IMG/VR virus record: IMGVR_UViG_3300016480_000208
Source of the DNA: a virus
Taxonomy: Duplodnaviria; Heunggongvirae; Uroviricota; Caudoviricetes; Demerecviridae
Strand: one strand, 5' to 3'
DNA length: 64,000 nt
Shown: positions 1-10,925 of the stretch, one piece after another
Layout of the letters: the number at the start of each line of letters is the position of its first letter
How positions within the stretch are numbered: position 1 is the stretch's first letter
Notes under the pieces: model-generated
The model's database searches: none
What the model was told of the DNA's origin: nothing
What the model saw: only the letters and a program-made list of their open reading frames with translations
Made by a program: the position numbers and the translations under genes

Positions 1-117
1 CCGACAAGTACTTTTTCGATGTATTACAAGTGTCAAGTACTTATTCGATATAAGTAGAAATTCGACCAGGGTCGCGTAGCAAGTTTTATTTTGTGATATT
101 TGGAGGGATGAGGGGAA

Positions 118-398
118 GGATGGTGAGATTTGGGGAGGCTTAGGGGATTTCGCCGGTAACAATGGCTTCGCCATTGAATTCGGCGGTAGGGTTGAAAAAA
201 TTTACAGGGTAGGCCACCATACCCTACCGCCGAATTCAATGGCGTCTTATAGAAATATGGTGAGATTTGGGGAGGCTTAGGGGATTTCGCCGGTAACAAG
301 GGCTTCGCCCTTGGGGTTGGCGGTAGGGTTGAAAAAATTTACAGGGTAGGCCACCAATCCTCCCGCCGCTACGCGGCGTCTTATAGAAATATGGTGTG
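118..398. repeat. Two tandem ~138-bp direct repeats. Copy 1 contains a perfect 22-bp inverted repeat (171-192 / 221-242, containing gaattc); copy 2 is degenerate.
   Basis: Direct reading: 'atggtgagatttggggaggcttaggggatttcgccggtaaca...' recurs at ~120 and ~258. 'ccattgaattcggcggtagggt' at 171-192 is the reverse complement of 221-242. Confidence 0.85.
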
Positions 399-403
399 AG
401 CTG

Positions 404-527
404 GGAAGTAGAAATTCGATATGATGAAGTAGAAAAATGACTGGGATTTTAAGGAGGGAAGTAGAAAAACGAGGTAGGAAGTTAGAATAGTAAAAGGGTA
501 TGATAAAGTAGTAAAACGATGTAGAGA
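404..527 (+). repeat. Array of five or more short AAGTAGAAAA-like direct repeats (iteron-like); a related copy is at 50-66.
   Basis: 'gaagtagaaattcgat', 'gaagtagaaaaatgac', 'ggaagtagaaaaacgagg', 'ggaagttagaatagtaaaa', 'aaagtagtaaaacgatg' all seen in sequence. Confidence 0.7.
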
Positions 528-936
528 TGGAAAAAAGCCCAAAATAGCCTTTTTTATCCATCTTTCTCTATAATTACCCTCTAAATTTTAGATATAACTG
601 TAGCCATTTCCAGTTGTTTGAAATTTCTGGAGTGGCTCACCGACCGTGCATACGAAAATTTTCTAGATGGACGCTGAAGGAGTCGAGACCGCAGGGGGTC
701 TCTCCAGGCTAAAAATTTTCTTGCACTGCCACTCCAGATTCATTTATTTTCTCTGTCCTTACAGTATATCTTAGCATACCTTTATCTAAGAGGGAAGTTT
801 TATTTTACTATACCCAAGTATTTAGGGGGTAGCAGAAACCGCCCCCTAAACCGCCCTCATGTTACATCGTGAATGCTGAGGTCGTTGGTAGAGTTGTCTT
901 GGTATGTGACTTCAACCACTTTCTTCCTCTCTCCAG

Positions 937-2112
937 CTATGCATCGGTTGAGGAAGGATGGCCAGCACACTCAAAATACAGTTCGGCGAGTTCGGGGGAA
1001 TTCTTCCTGTCACCTAACCAAGTGTAGTATCTTGAAGCGTGGATGGTGTTCATCAGAGATACCAGTTCTTTTCTTGATGGTAGGTTTTTGATATTTGGGT
1101 GTGGGGTCTTTTTGGCTGTTTCCCATAGATAAGCTGATAGTAGGGTTATTTCTGGTATGTTGAAGGGAACTGTACCCTTCCCAGTACCGTGTGGGCGGAG
1201 CTTATCTAGCAGGAAAGTTACGAAGTCATCCAAGTCAAAGTCGATGACTGTGTTGCCCTTTTCAGCAGCAACCCGTACTTTTTCCGTTGGAACAGCAGCG
1301 TTAGAAGCTACTTCAAACTCTGGCTCTTTAACCTCTTTAATAACCAACTTAAGTAGGTATGAGTTGATATTAGTGCCAAATACTTTTCGCAGTAGGCCAC
1401 GCTGAACACTCAGTGCGCGGGTTCCAGCTTTGGAAGCTGGGCTCGCGAAGGCTACAATGTTTGCTTGAGTTTTAATCTACTCCAGCAATTCGTCATTAGT
1501 GAACCTATACACTTGCTTGGTTCTCTAGTACCACATCTATGACAAGAATATCTGGAGATTATCAGTGTGCACTCCCATATCACTCAATTTACCAACATCC
1601 TGCAATAGAGTGTCTGGGAAGCTGCCTGAGATAACAGGGTATTGGTCGTTGACTCGGTCAATCAACAAGCCCACGGATTTAGGCTCATCCTACCTCTCAT
1701 TCAAGGTCAACCACGTAAACTAACCTTCTACAGGGTATTCATCGTATGGTAGCATATACTCAAATACGTTGGGCAATCCGGTGACTTGAACCTTTTCCCC
1801 TCGTAGCTCCAACCATTTTACCTAGAATGCTGCTTCTAGGTCAAGCAGGTTCTTATACTTGGTAGCTGCGGCAATGTACAAAGCCTATTTGAAATCCGGT
1901 AACATGTTCTCGAAAGGAAGTACCTGAGTAGCTTCTTCAACATCATAACCCTTAGCAATAAGGTCGTTTAGCTGCTTTAAATCCTTATCATGTTGATATC
2001 TGTATAGTTTCATTTGTTCTCTCCAAAAAGCTGAGACCCATTCCCAGCTACTTTTATTAGTATACACTATTTTTGTCTTTGGGTAAAGTACAAAAACGAA
2101 ACAACCCAGCAC
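937..2112 (-). CDS. Hypothetical protein of ~390 aa. The frame is continuous only if ~8 in-frame TAG codons are translated.
   Basis: Six-frame ORFs 937..1347 and 1885..2112 are in the same frame. The ORF 1885..2112 terminates at + 'cta' (TAG on minus) and the frame continues through further TAGs with no TAA or TGA. Confidence 0.45.
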
Positions 2113-2733
2113 AAGGCTGGGTTATGTTAATTACCAAACAACTTTAATATCTTGATGTTGAGGGATACCGTGTTTTTCCCTGATTTCTTTAACAGTGGGG
2201 CGCTCACCATTATAGGTAAACCAGTTATTGCCCTCTTTATCAGCAAACATCCGAGGTTCAATCATATTGAGACCCATACCCCAGCCATCAAACATAATAA
2301 TCCAGTAACCATTAGCCATATTATTTCTCCACTTGTTGGCAGAAATGCCAATCATACTTTGAGCCTAGCCGACTTTTAAGGTCATATGCGATTTTCTCAC
2401 ATTTTTCTTTAGATGTGATGTTATCCACATTAATAGAGCCACCAGTAGACACATTACCCCAACCAACAGACATGTACAAAACCAACAACCAAACTTGCAT
2501 ACTCTTATCTCCTCCACCCTGCGCCGCACCGCTAAAAAGCGGATACCGCAGGCTGTTATTTACGTGTAAATGCGTAGATTAACAAGAAAATAGGATAGAG
2601 CGGCCACAGCAGTCCGCCTATAATGAAGGGCCACCAAACCTCCCCCTTCTTAATCTTAGTGCCTATATAGCACTTCTCTAAAAAGATGGCCGCAATTACT
2701 GCGACCATTAAGTAGATAATCAATACTTGCATA

Positions 2734-4350
2734 TTACAGCTGACTTACCAACAGAGCACGGATTTCCTTGAGGGAAGTCTCTACCAGAAGCTTACCGTCA
2801 CGGAATACCGGCTGGAGAAGGCCTTCAGCTTCACGGGCTTCAGAAACTTCATCTTCCATGTAGATTTCCCCATTATCGTTACGGCCTACGTAAATTAGGC
2901 CCTTAGCAGACTTCTTCTTACGGTCAGTCTTAGGGTCTTTCGCAATTGCCTGACGCTCACCATTGACTACGATGGAGGTAGCCTTCATAGCACTGCCATG
3001 GGTATCCCGAGTAACATATTGGTAGGTGAAGCTACCAATCCCGAGAACTACAGAAGGTACAAAACCTTTCTTCATCAGTTTGCGGTGAATCTGACGCTGG
3101 CGTTCCAGCGTAATGGAGTCTCCGTAAATAGCCCCAATATGGGAGTCCAGCAGTTTATAGCTTTGTGGACGATAGGTGTAGCATTCATCTACCGGAGCCC
3201 ATTCTACATAGGTGCCTCCAAAGATGTCCCAGAGACTCTCTATCAGACCTTTTACTTCGTACTGAGAGATTTCTTCAAACTTCATAAGACCATGTTCATT
3301 AGCCTTAACTACCTTAATGAACTCATTGGTTTCCTGTACCAAATAAATACCTTCTGCTGTAATTTGCTGAATAGTATCTACATCACTATAGTCCAAGCCA
3401 CACAGGATATCTACAGGGTCACCAGAATCGGGACGGATAACCAGAGTACCTTGACGAGCCATGATTTCATCTTTCAGGGCAGGCAGGTATTCGCCTACGA
3501 GCTTCCAGAAGTCCCAGGTATCAGATACCACAGACAGGATGCCAGTAGGGGTAACATTGGTCATCAGATGTCTCAGGGACTCCAGCTCACCATCCGTACC
3601 ATAAGAACACATCACGCTGTGCTCAGTAGCATCCACAGATGCCATTACCAGCTCTTTCTCTACATCGGCATTGTAGAAGTATTCTGCGAACTCGGCTGCC
3701 GGATAAGTGTCGCTGCCCACGAAACTGCACAGGTGACCAAAGCCACTCATTGCGGCAGCCATGCTGCCGAACATCCCACGGTAAGAGAAGTCATGGCCCA
3801 TAAAGGGAATCATCTCTTTAGCAATCGGGGTTTTCTCGAATGCCTTACGGTATGCAAACGCCGTGGTTGCAGAAGTAGACATTGGCCAGAGTTCCGCAGA
3901 GAGCAGAGTTTCCAGCAGACCAGGAACCCAGTGGAAGCCAGGAATAGTGTTCTTAATAGTAAACGGGGGAACCCCGTAAGGAACAATAGTACCTTCTGGC
4001 AGTGCCTTGATTTCAATAGGCAGATAGCCTACATCCCAAAGCGCTTCAATATGCCCTACTGGCACTTTCTTGCCCAGAACGGAATTAACCATACGGGAAT
4101 ACTTAGCTACAGCCTTTTTCTTATCAACACAGAAGAAGGTAGCATTCCAGCGGTCAATCAGGAACTCCTTAATTACATACTGGAGGCCCAGGTGGACAAC
4201 GCCACCGATTTCCAGAGCTTCTGGGATGTTGCTCAGTTTATTGGAGCGGTTGGTAAAGTTTTCATATGCGTAACTAACACCAGGTTTGTAAGCAAACGGG
4301 TGATAAGTTTTGTAAGCATCAGACATGAGAGGGGCGGTCAATTGAAACAT
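2734..4350 (-). CDS. nadV: Nicotinamide phosphoribosyltransferase (NAMPT / NadV family); possibly the NAMPT-like Namat partner of an NAD-reconstitution pair.
   Basis: 538-aa ORF with NAMPT-like motifs (GYLPIEIKALPEGT..., DSGDPVD). No in-frame TAG; it ends with TAA. Confidence 0.8.
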   Translation of the reverse strand: MFQLTAPLMSDAYKTYHPFAYKPGVSYAYENFTNRSNKLSNIPEALEIGGVVHLGLQYVIKEFLIDRWNATFFCVDKKKAVAKYSRMVNSVLGKKVPVGHIEALWDVGYLPIEIKALPEGTIVPYGVPPFTIKNTIPGFHWVPGLLETLLSAELWPMSTSATTAFAYRKAFEKTPIAKEMIPFMGHDFSYRGMFGSMAAAMSGFGHLCSFVGSDTYPAAEFAEYFYNADVEKELVMASVDATEHSVMCSYGTDGELESLRHLMTNVTPTGILSVVSDTWDFWKLVGEYLPALKDEIMARQGTLVIRPDSGDPVDILCGLDYSDVDTIQQITAEGIYLVQETNEFIKVVKANEHGLMKFEEISQYEVKGLIESLWDIFGGTYVEWAPVDECYTYRPQSYKLLDSHIGAIYGDSITLERQRQIHRKLMKKGFVPSVVLGIGSFTYQYVTRDTHGSAMKATSIVVNGERQAIAKDPKTDRKKKSAKGLIYVGRNDNGEIYMEDEVSEAREAEGLLQPVFRDGKLLVETSLKEIRALLVSQL

Positions 4351-4363
4351 ATATTATTCCTTA

Positions 4364-4597
4364 TTAGTTAAAAGGATTACTGAGGAAATCATGAACACTT
4401 ACAACTTCTTTATAGTCGATACCTTCACGGAGATTGGCCTCGATTACTATACGCCCCTCATCGTCCCTAAGGGATAGCCCTCGACTACACGTTCCCGTGA
4501 TTTCAAAAATATGTCCTACGGTGAAAGTACCACCGGGTACTTTCAATGCCCGCATAAGGGAAATACGTTTCCCCACAACAGTATCAGGTATAAACAT
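4364..4597 (-). CDS. Hypothetical small protein.
   Basis: 77-aa ORF whose start overlaps the prs-like stop (ATGA junction). Confidence 0.35.
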   Translation of the reverse strand: MFIPDTVVGKRISLMRALKVPGGTFTVGHIFEITGTCSRGLSLRDDEGRIVIEANLREGIDYKEVVSVHDFLSNPFN

Positions 4598-5376
4598 TAT
4601 TCAGTCCAGTCATAGGTTGCAGTAACATGGTATCCTGCTTCTTGGAGGCGTTCTTTAGCTCCGTAGCTGAAAATGCCATGAGTGACATGCAAGTAAAGGT
4701 TATTGGCTCCAGCGTCTTTCAGTGCCTTAGCCAACTGCAAGAAAGTACGGCCACCATCACAGATGTCATCCATAACCAGTAAGTCCTTTCCTTGAACATT
4801 GCCAAACACTATTGGGTCACTAAGCTCACCTGTCTTAGTATTCCGCATCTTGCCTGCTTGAATGACTTCTGGGATATTGTAGGCCTTTGCCGCTTTTTGT
4901 ACCTTCTTGGTTGCCCCAAAATCAGGGGCAACCAGAGCGTCAACAACAGGTACAAACTCTGGCATTTCCCAAGGCTCATTAAACACCTTGTCAATCAAGG
5001 CAGAACCTACATCACTGTGGCAGTCGTTAATGACAATAACGTCGACTGGGAGAGTATTCAACAGCTTAGTGAATACTTTAAGAGAGAAGGCTTGACCTGG
5101 CTCTGTAACACGGTCTTGTCGTGCATAGGGTAGATACGGAAGATGCAGAATTAGGTGGACGTTACCCAACAACTCACGAACAGCATCAACAACCAGGGCC
5201 AGTAGCATAATCTCCCCATTACGAATATGGGCCTCGATAGTAACCTCTTCTTCAAAGTCCCACATTTTGGCATCGGCGTAGTCTAGTACAACGTCGTACT
5301 CACCACCGGCGTACTGCTTAACGTTAATTGGCATTTCGGTGCCACGGGCACCGGTAACTTTAAACTTGTTCATCAT
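4597..5376 (-). CDS. prs: Ribose-phosphate pyrophosphokinase-like protein (Prs family; candidate ADP-ribose pyrophosphokinase Adps).
   Basis: PRPP synthetase signatures LPYLPYARQDR and DDICDGGRT. Lies adjacent to the nadV-like gene. Confidence 0.7.
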   Translation of the reverse strand: MMNKFKVTGARGTEMPINVKQYAGGEYDVVLDYADAKMWDFEEEVTIEAHIRNGEIMLLALVVDAVRELLGNVHLILHLPYLPYARQDRVTEPGQAFSLKVFTKLLNTLPVDVIVINDCHSDVGSALIDKVFNEPWEMPEFVPVVDALVAPDFGATKKVQKAAKAYNIPEVIQAGKMRNTKTGELSDPIVFGNVQGKDLLVMDDICDGGRTFLQLAKALKDAGANNLYLHVTHGIFSYGAKERLQEAGYHVTATYDWTE

Positions 5377-5945
5377 AGGTAAGTCTCCAAAATTGCTTTA
5401 ATTGCTTTAAGTTTGGTATCTTCGTCCCAGTCCAGCTTAATTATGTCGGTTATCTTTTTAATAGGGGTTTCTGGCACAATCTCTGTGCGGGCTATGATTC
5501 TACCATTTTTAGCCAACCATGCAGCTACCTTAAGTGTGAGCTCGGAGTTTTCCGGGTTATTACGGCAACTAACACACAAACCGTATTCATCAATCTCAGG
5601 TTTACCACATTTACATAGGTAGGTTTTCAGTTGTGGTACGAAAGGTAGTTTAAACACCCTGTACCTATCATAAGCGCTCTGTAGCCTATCAAACTCCCTA
5701 ACTGCTCGGTATTCTGGGAAGTTACCTATAGTAACCGGTATTTGGTGTAGGCCCCAAAAGTCCCACAACTTGAAGTAATCCTTAAACAGAGCACTGTACC
5801 AAGGCTTTTGTCTGTATACGTTGAAACCTTCTGGAAACTTAATGCTTAACCGTTTCTTGTAGGAAATAACTGGCAGTGCTTTTTGCGGCAAGTTATTGCC
5901 GCTAAGATCGATATAAGACATTGAAGTTCCTCCCGATTTATGCAA
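5373..5945 (-). CDS. Hypothetical Cys-rich protein.
   Basis: 190-aa ORF with CKCG...CVSC motifs. Upstream block with extended -10 (tgatataat, minus strand). Confidence 0.45.
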   Translation of the reverse strand: MHKSGGTSMSYIDLSGNNLPQKALPVISYKKRLSIKFPEGFNVYRQKPWYSALFKDYFKLWDFWGLHQIPVTIGNFPEYRAVREFDRLQSAYDRYRVFKLPFVPQLKTYLCKCGKPEIDEYGLCVSCRNNPENSELTLKVAAWLAKNGRIIARTEIVPETPIKKITDIIKLDWDEDTKLKAIKAILETYL

Positions 5946-6475
5946 TTATTATATCAAATATTCACGTTTCGGGCCAGAAATACAATAAATTACCAGACGC
6001 CTTCCGAGTACAATTCCAGCCCTGACCCACCATTACGCTCAAGATCAAAAGGCTGACCACTTTCTAGGACTACTTGCATAGCCTCTTCCCGATCCATGAA
6101 TACTCGCCATTGATCAAGGAAGCCCTGCTCTTCTTTGGCGATCACAGACCTACCCGATTCTTTAAGGCCAATCCAATCTGCTTGCTCTCGCATAAGCGGA
6201 TCCCAGTGACGAATACCTACTAAGGTAACAACACGACCATCCTTGAAAGTAATACGGTTAGCGGCACAAACAACTTTACGCGGGAATGAGTGCATCAGAT
6301 ACAGTCCTTTTCAAAGTCATCAAGTTTAATTACTGGATAGATATCTTGGGAGTCCCGGAAGGTGCTCCAAAGCTCGTCTGCGTCACTACCAAATTCATGG
6401 CACACAAAAACACCATCAACAAACACAGAACCCATAACACCACCATTGAGTTCATCATTGCAAACATGCTTGAGT

Positions 6476-6754
6476 TCAATTGCCATTTTTCTCTACCTCT
6501 TGCATCAAATTCTCCATACACTTCTTCATAACACTTGCTTTTGGTGGGTTAATCAGCCTTACATTAGTATTGGATATGGCTACCTCAAGTTTTTCTGTTA
6601 ACTCTGCCCCACGAATCTTTTGTTCAGTAGTTAAGTATTTAGAGTCTATAGCGCAAACCTCTAAGTATTTGGTTAATTCCGTACTATCAAACACTTGGGG
6701 GTTAGCTACTAGCAATGGTGACACTAAGGCAAACATCATAATAAACTTTTTCAT
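6476..6754 (-). CDS. Small secreted protein (signal peptide).
   Basis: MKKFIMMFALVSPLLVANPQ N-terminus. Confidence 0.45.
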   Translation of the reverse strand: MKKFIMMFALVSPLLVANPQVFDSTELTKYLEVCAIDSKYLTTEQKIRGAELTEKLEVAISNTNVRLINPPKASVMKKCMENLMQEVEKNGN

Positions 6755-6818
6755 TTGCTATTCTCCTTAATTTATATAGATATTATAGCAAAAAACGGGC
6801 ACGATGGCCCGTCTTATT

Positions 6819-7247
6819 TCACCATTTCCCGCCAGTTAACGGGATATCAAAGATTGTTTCCATCCCAGGGCTTAGGTACAGTTGCTTACAGAATTTCCTA
6901 CCATTATGGTGTTTCTCAAAACACAGGTACGGATTACCCTCTGAGTCTCGCTTAACCACTTCGGTATCATAGCCAAGTTTTCGCATATAGCGGTTTACAG
7001 AGGAGTAGATATGTATAATCTGCTCATGTGAGACATAAAACCTTTTTATTGGGCCTGTATCGCTATCTCGGTAACGACCCATAAAACCTTGCCCCTGGTC
7101 TGGGTTTACAGGGAGTAGGTCGAGTACAATAGCTGCGAATGTTTGTACAGCTTCTTTAGCAATAGCTTCTTCTTTATTAAACATGTTTAATCCTCTTAAT
7201 ATGTAATTTGGTGTCTTCTGTAATGAAGAAGTGGGAAACAAAGCCAT
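6819..7247 (-). CDS. Hypothetical protein.
   Basis: 142-aa ORF, followed by a hairpin terminator at 6790-6815. Confidence 0.45.
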   Translation of the reverse strand: MALFPTSSLQKTPNYILRGLNMFNKEEAIAKEAVQTFAAIVLDLLPVNPDQGQGFMGRYRDSDTGPIKRFYVSHEQIIHIYSSVNRYMRKLGYDTEVVKRDSEGNPYLCFEKHHNGRKFCKQLYLSPGMETIFDIPLTGGKW

Positions 7248-7487
7248 CGATGTTATTAAGGGTGCCTAGGAAGAGGGGTTCATTACCCAACTCTTCGAGC
7301 TCAAAACCCTCGCCGGACATGATACCCCTTATAACCACTTTACGCCTATCTGTATCGCCCTCGTCAACTACACAGTAAAGCATAGCTTGTCCGCTTGGGT
7401 GCAAAGTCAGGCTCAGAACCTGAGCTGATTTGGACAACTAAAGCTCTGTATCCCCTATAAATCTAAGTGGGAAACGGTGAATAGTTT

Positions 7488-7940
7488 TCATTTAGTAAGC
7501 TCCAGAACAATGTTGTTGGCTTGGTCAACCAGCTTACGTTTGCGGTTAGAGTACACCACCCCTTTGTATCCTCCCAGAAGTTCCCCTAGCAGCTTGGGGC
7601 TGCAAGACACACAGTAGCTAAGAATCTCCAGCAATTCAGAGAGTCTGATATAGGCTGCTGGGTTACCTTTACCGGCCAAAGTGTTTGGGACTTTGGTATC
7701 AGGATGTACACCAAAGCTGACCAGAAATACTGTCAGGGACAGTAGCTTTTGGGCATCCTCAAAAGATACAGCTACTTTGGTCTTATAGTTGTAGAAACCT
7801 TTCAGGCCATCAAGCCAATAGATGATACCTTCACTATTGGTTCCACGCATGGTCTCAACCGACTGGAACCCCAACTCTTCCATAAAGAGGTTAATCAGTT
7901 CGATTTTACGATACAGTTTAACGCCTTGTGCTTCGCTCAT
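7488..7940 (-). CDS. Hypothetical protein.
   Basis: 150-aa ORF. Confidence 0.4.
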   Translation of the reverse strand: MSEAQGVKLYRKIELINLFMEELGFQSVETMRGTNSEGIIYWLDGLKGFYNYKTKVAVSFEDAQKLLSLTVFLVSFGVHPDTKVPNTLAGKGNPAAYIRLSELLEILSYCVSCSPKLLGELLGGYKGVVYSNRKRKLVDQANNIVLELTK

Positions 7941-8165
7941 TTTAGCCTCCGTAAAGTTTTAGCCAATTCTCGACATACTTCTATTCGTTGTTTGGTAGTC
8001 AACTTCTTCCACTGTGGGGAAGTTTTAGACTCATAAACCATAGCCTTCTTTATAACCTCTCGCTCCGCAGAAGTTATCAAGGGATACGTTGAACAGTCTT
8101 TTAGTATGGCGTGTGCTGGAGTACCCACCAAAATAAGAAATAGTACTATATACTTAATCACAACG

Positions 8166-8723
8166 TTACCCCACTATGATTTTGTGATGGTCGGCCACCT
8201 CAATCTCTTTAGACTCCAGACGGTCGATCACTTCTTCAAGAAGAAGATACCGACCCCAGGCATCCCAGCCCACATCCATACTACGCCCAAAACCTTCCAA
8301 GTTACCATGGGAGTGGCCGTAAATATGCAGACTGCCGCGGCCCTGGTCTTGCCAAGCACGAATCGAGTAATGGCACATAACAATCTTCTTACCGTCAAAC
8401 TTATGGCAATACAGGTCTCGAACATTAGCTACTCCCACATCTAGTAGCTGCTCTTCTGTTACTTTATCCAGCCACCCATCGTGGTTACCCCGGATAATAA
8501 CCTTGTTACCCGTCATGGACCTCAGTACATCCAGAGTAAATCTTGCCGTACCAAAGCTAAAGTCGCCCAAAATGTACAGAGTATCAGTTTCTCGTACAAG
8601 GTCGTTATGGTATTCGATAAGGGCCTCAGTCATTGCTTCCCGAGAATCCCAAGGACGGTGCTCGGGACACAGATTAAGAATGTTAAGGTGACGGTGATGA
8701 AGGTCACTGGTGAAATAAATCAT
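8166..8723 (-). CDS. Calcineurin-like metallophosphoesterase.
   Basis: GDxxFG, GNHD(GW) and GHSH motifs. Confidence 0.65.
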   Translation of the reverse strand: MIYFTSDLHHRHLNILNLCPEHRPWDSREAMTEALIEYHNDLVRETDTLYILGDFSFGTARFTLDVLRSMTGNKVIIRGNHDGWLDKVTEEQLLDVGVANVRDLYCHKFDGKKIVMCHYSIRAWQDQGRGSLHIYGHSHGNLEGFGRSMDVGWDAWGRYLLLEEVIDRLESKEIEVADHHKIIVG

Positions 8724-8724
8724 T

Positions 8725-9327
8725 TTATACCTCGAATTCTGTTATGCGGCAAGCAGTGTTTATAAAAGTAGTTAGAGTGGTAGTGATTGTACCTGTATCT
8801 TCATGTATATGCCCAAATACGTGGAACTTTGGTGGTACGGTGTCCACGAAATTGGCGATAGCAGTAGAGCCTACATGTTCTCCGCTGAAAACTGAGTCTA
8901 AGGTATAGAAGGGCGGGCTATGGGTTACCAACACATCCACCTTGCCAACCTTCTCAAGTTTATTAGCAATGAACTTTTCATCAGCCATAAACTCGAACGG
9001 CCCATAAATTGGAGACCATGGCATGAAACCAAACTTAACCCCTTCATGTGTATAGGTGCCACCAAAGAACACCATAGCATTTGGGATATTACTGGTAATC
9101 ATCTCAACTACTTCTGGCTGAGTAAGACAAGTATCATGGTTTCCTGGGATTATAAATACTTTGTCAAATGCAGAGCAATAAATATCCCAATCAAATATGA
9201 AACTGGCTATTTCATTTATAGTACCACGGTTAGTTAAGTCCCCGGCGATAATCAGAATATCCCCACCATGGCCATTTACTTTAGGTGGCTTTGCTCCATG
9301 GATATCAGACGTAGCTGTGATTTTCAT
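8725..9327 (-). CDS. Metallophosphoesterase (Icc-like).
   Basis: DIHG, GDLTNRG and GNHD motifs. Confidence 0.65.
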   Translation of the reverse strand: MKITATSDIHGAKPPKVNGHGGDILIIAGDLTNRGTINEIASFIFDWDIYCSAFDKVFIIPGNHDTCLTQPEVVEMITSNIPNAMVFFGGTYTHEGVKFGFMPWSPIYGPFEFMADEKFIANKLEKVGKVDVLVTHSPPFYTLDSVFSGEHVGSTAIANFVDTVPPKFHVFGHIHEDTGTITTTLTTFINTACRITEFEV

Positions 9328-10400
9328 TTTAAATCCTTAATAATCAAAAGAGGCACCACACTTCTCACAAACATCTGTCATGTACTGACCACCGCCACCT
9401 AGACATTTCCAGCTATGATTGCAGGATAATTCATAAGTACACTTGTTTAATAGGTACTCCTCATTTGCAATACTATTTAAAATATTTCTAACTTCGTAGG
9501 CTTTTTTATGTTGCGGCATATATGGATCATTTTGTACTTTACTAAGTACTTTTCTTTTGTGCTCGATATCTGTCTTAATATTTTGCACTTTTACTTCTGT
9601 TTCTTCACGCCAGAAATCTCTTTCCATAGTACTATTCCTTACATAAAGGGGTTAAGTAATACCATCATAGCAAAGAAAGCTAGAGAGGCTAGTTGGGCTG
9701 GAAAGTGCCAGATCCTTTTACCTTCCGGAAACATACGAGTCAGACCAGCATATCCAATAAGCTGGAACACCATCACTATAGATAGACAGGTTCCAAGAAA
9801 CCACATAATACTTAAGAAAGCGTCCATTAGTTCTCCTTAGAAGCAAAGATGGCTATCAGAATAAAGATAGCCACAGAGGACAGGATAATCGCTGCTTGTC
9901 TACTAAGTTCAAACTGAGGAAACTCCAGTAGACGTTCCCACATAAACACCAATGGTGCAGTATCAAACATCAGTAAGCTGGCAAAACTAAAGAATATAAA
10001 AGGCGTTGCCAGCAAAGCAAAAACCGTAATAGCCAATGCTTTAAGCAGTCGTTTAATCATAATTAAAACCTCAAAGTCATTTCTAAGGATACACCCATAT
10101 CATTGGCTCTGCAACCTGCCACAAACGCACTAACAGTGTTAGCAGCAGGCATGCCCTCTAAATCTATGCCTAACTTTATATTAAATACTCTACGATCCCC
10201 GTAGTCAGCTACGTAATCTATTTGTGGCTTGCCCATTAGTCCATCAAAATACAGCTCCATTAAGTCTCTAATCCCAAATCGGCAGGTACGGGGGACAGTG
10301 ATGGTGCCTTCTATATGTGTCCAAACGCTCATGTAATCTCTCCTCTCATTCAATATAAATATTATATCAAATAAGTGGCTTGTTAGCTACAGATATTATA

Positions 10401-10430
10401 TAAAAGAAAAGCCCGTCAAGGGACGGGCTT
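10401..10430 (-). terminator. Rho-independent terminator.
   Basis: agcccgtc aag gacgggct + T-run (minus). Confidence 0.65.
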
Positions 10431-10925
10431 TAGGTATTACGGACGAGGGGCTAGTATGGCACCACCAGTAAACATAGGTAGAACCATGGATGCCAGAATA
10501 GCCACAATAGCCACTACAACAATTAGTTCAATCAGGGTGAATCCATTACTTTTCTTTAGCATTTTTGACAGCCTTATCCACAAGCGGGGTTTCGGGTTGG
10601 GAGTTAATCACGTCTTTTGGTTTAGCCTGCAGGGTTTTATTTTCCAACTCTGTTGGCATTTCTACTTCCTCAGCAACTGGACGCTGTAACCTAGGTGCAA
10701 CCTCATTAATTGGTCGAATAATTGGTGAGGTCAGGGACTTGAACACAATATATACCAGTGTTAGAATGGTCATTACTAGACAGCCATAGCCGAACACGGA
10801 ATACTTGTTATTAAAGTCTTTTACTTTGGGGTGTCTATTAACACCCCAGATAAGAACACCCCACACCAGGATACCCAGTAGCATTGCTACTACTGGAATC
10901 CACATAATAATGCCAGTGTTACCCA

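Noticed and set aside
118-527. Possible CRISPR array
   Set aside because: The repeats are long (138 bp) or irregularly spaced short iterons without uniform repeat-spacer periodicity; no cas genes.
277-561. 94-aa minus-strand ORF spanning the repeat array
   Set aside because: Its sequence is dictated by the iteron and tandem repeats (FST/FLL-type repeat translation); more likely non-coding terminal repeats than a gene.
2998-4371. 457-aa plus-strand ORF
   Set aside because: Antisense to the well-supported NAMPT gene, with no recognisable domains. A long antisense frame is expected in a strongly coding region.
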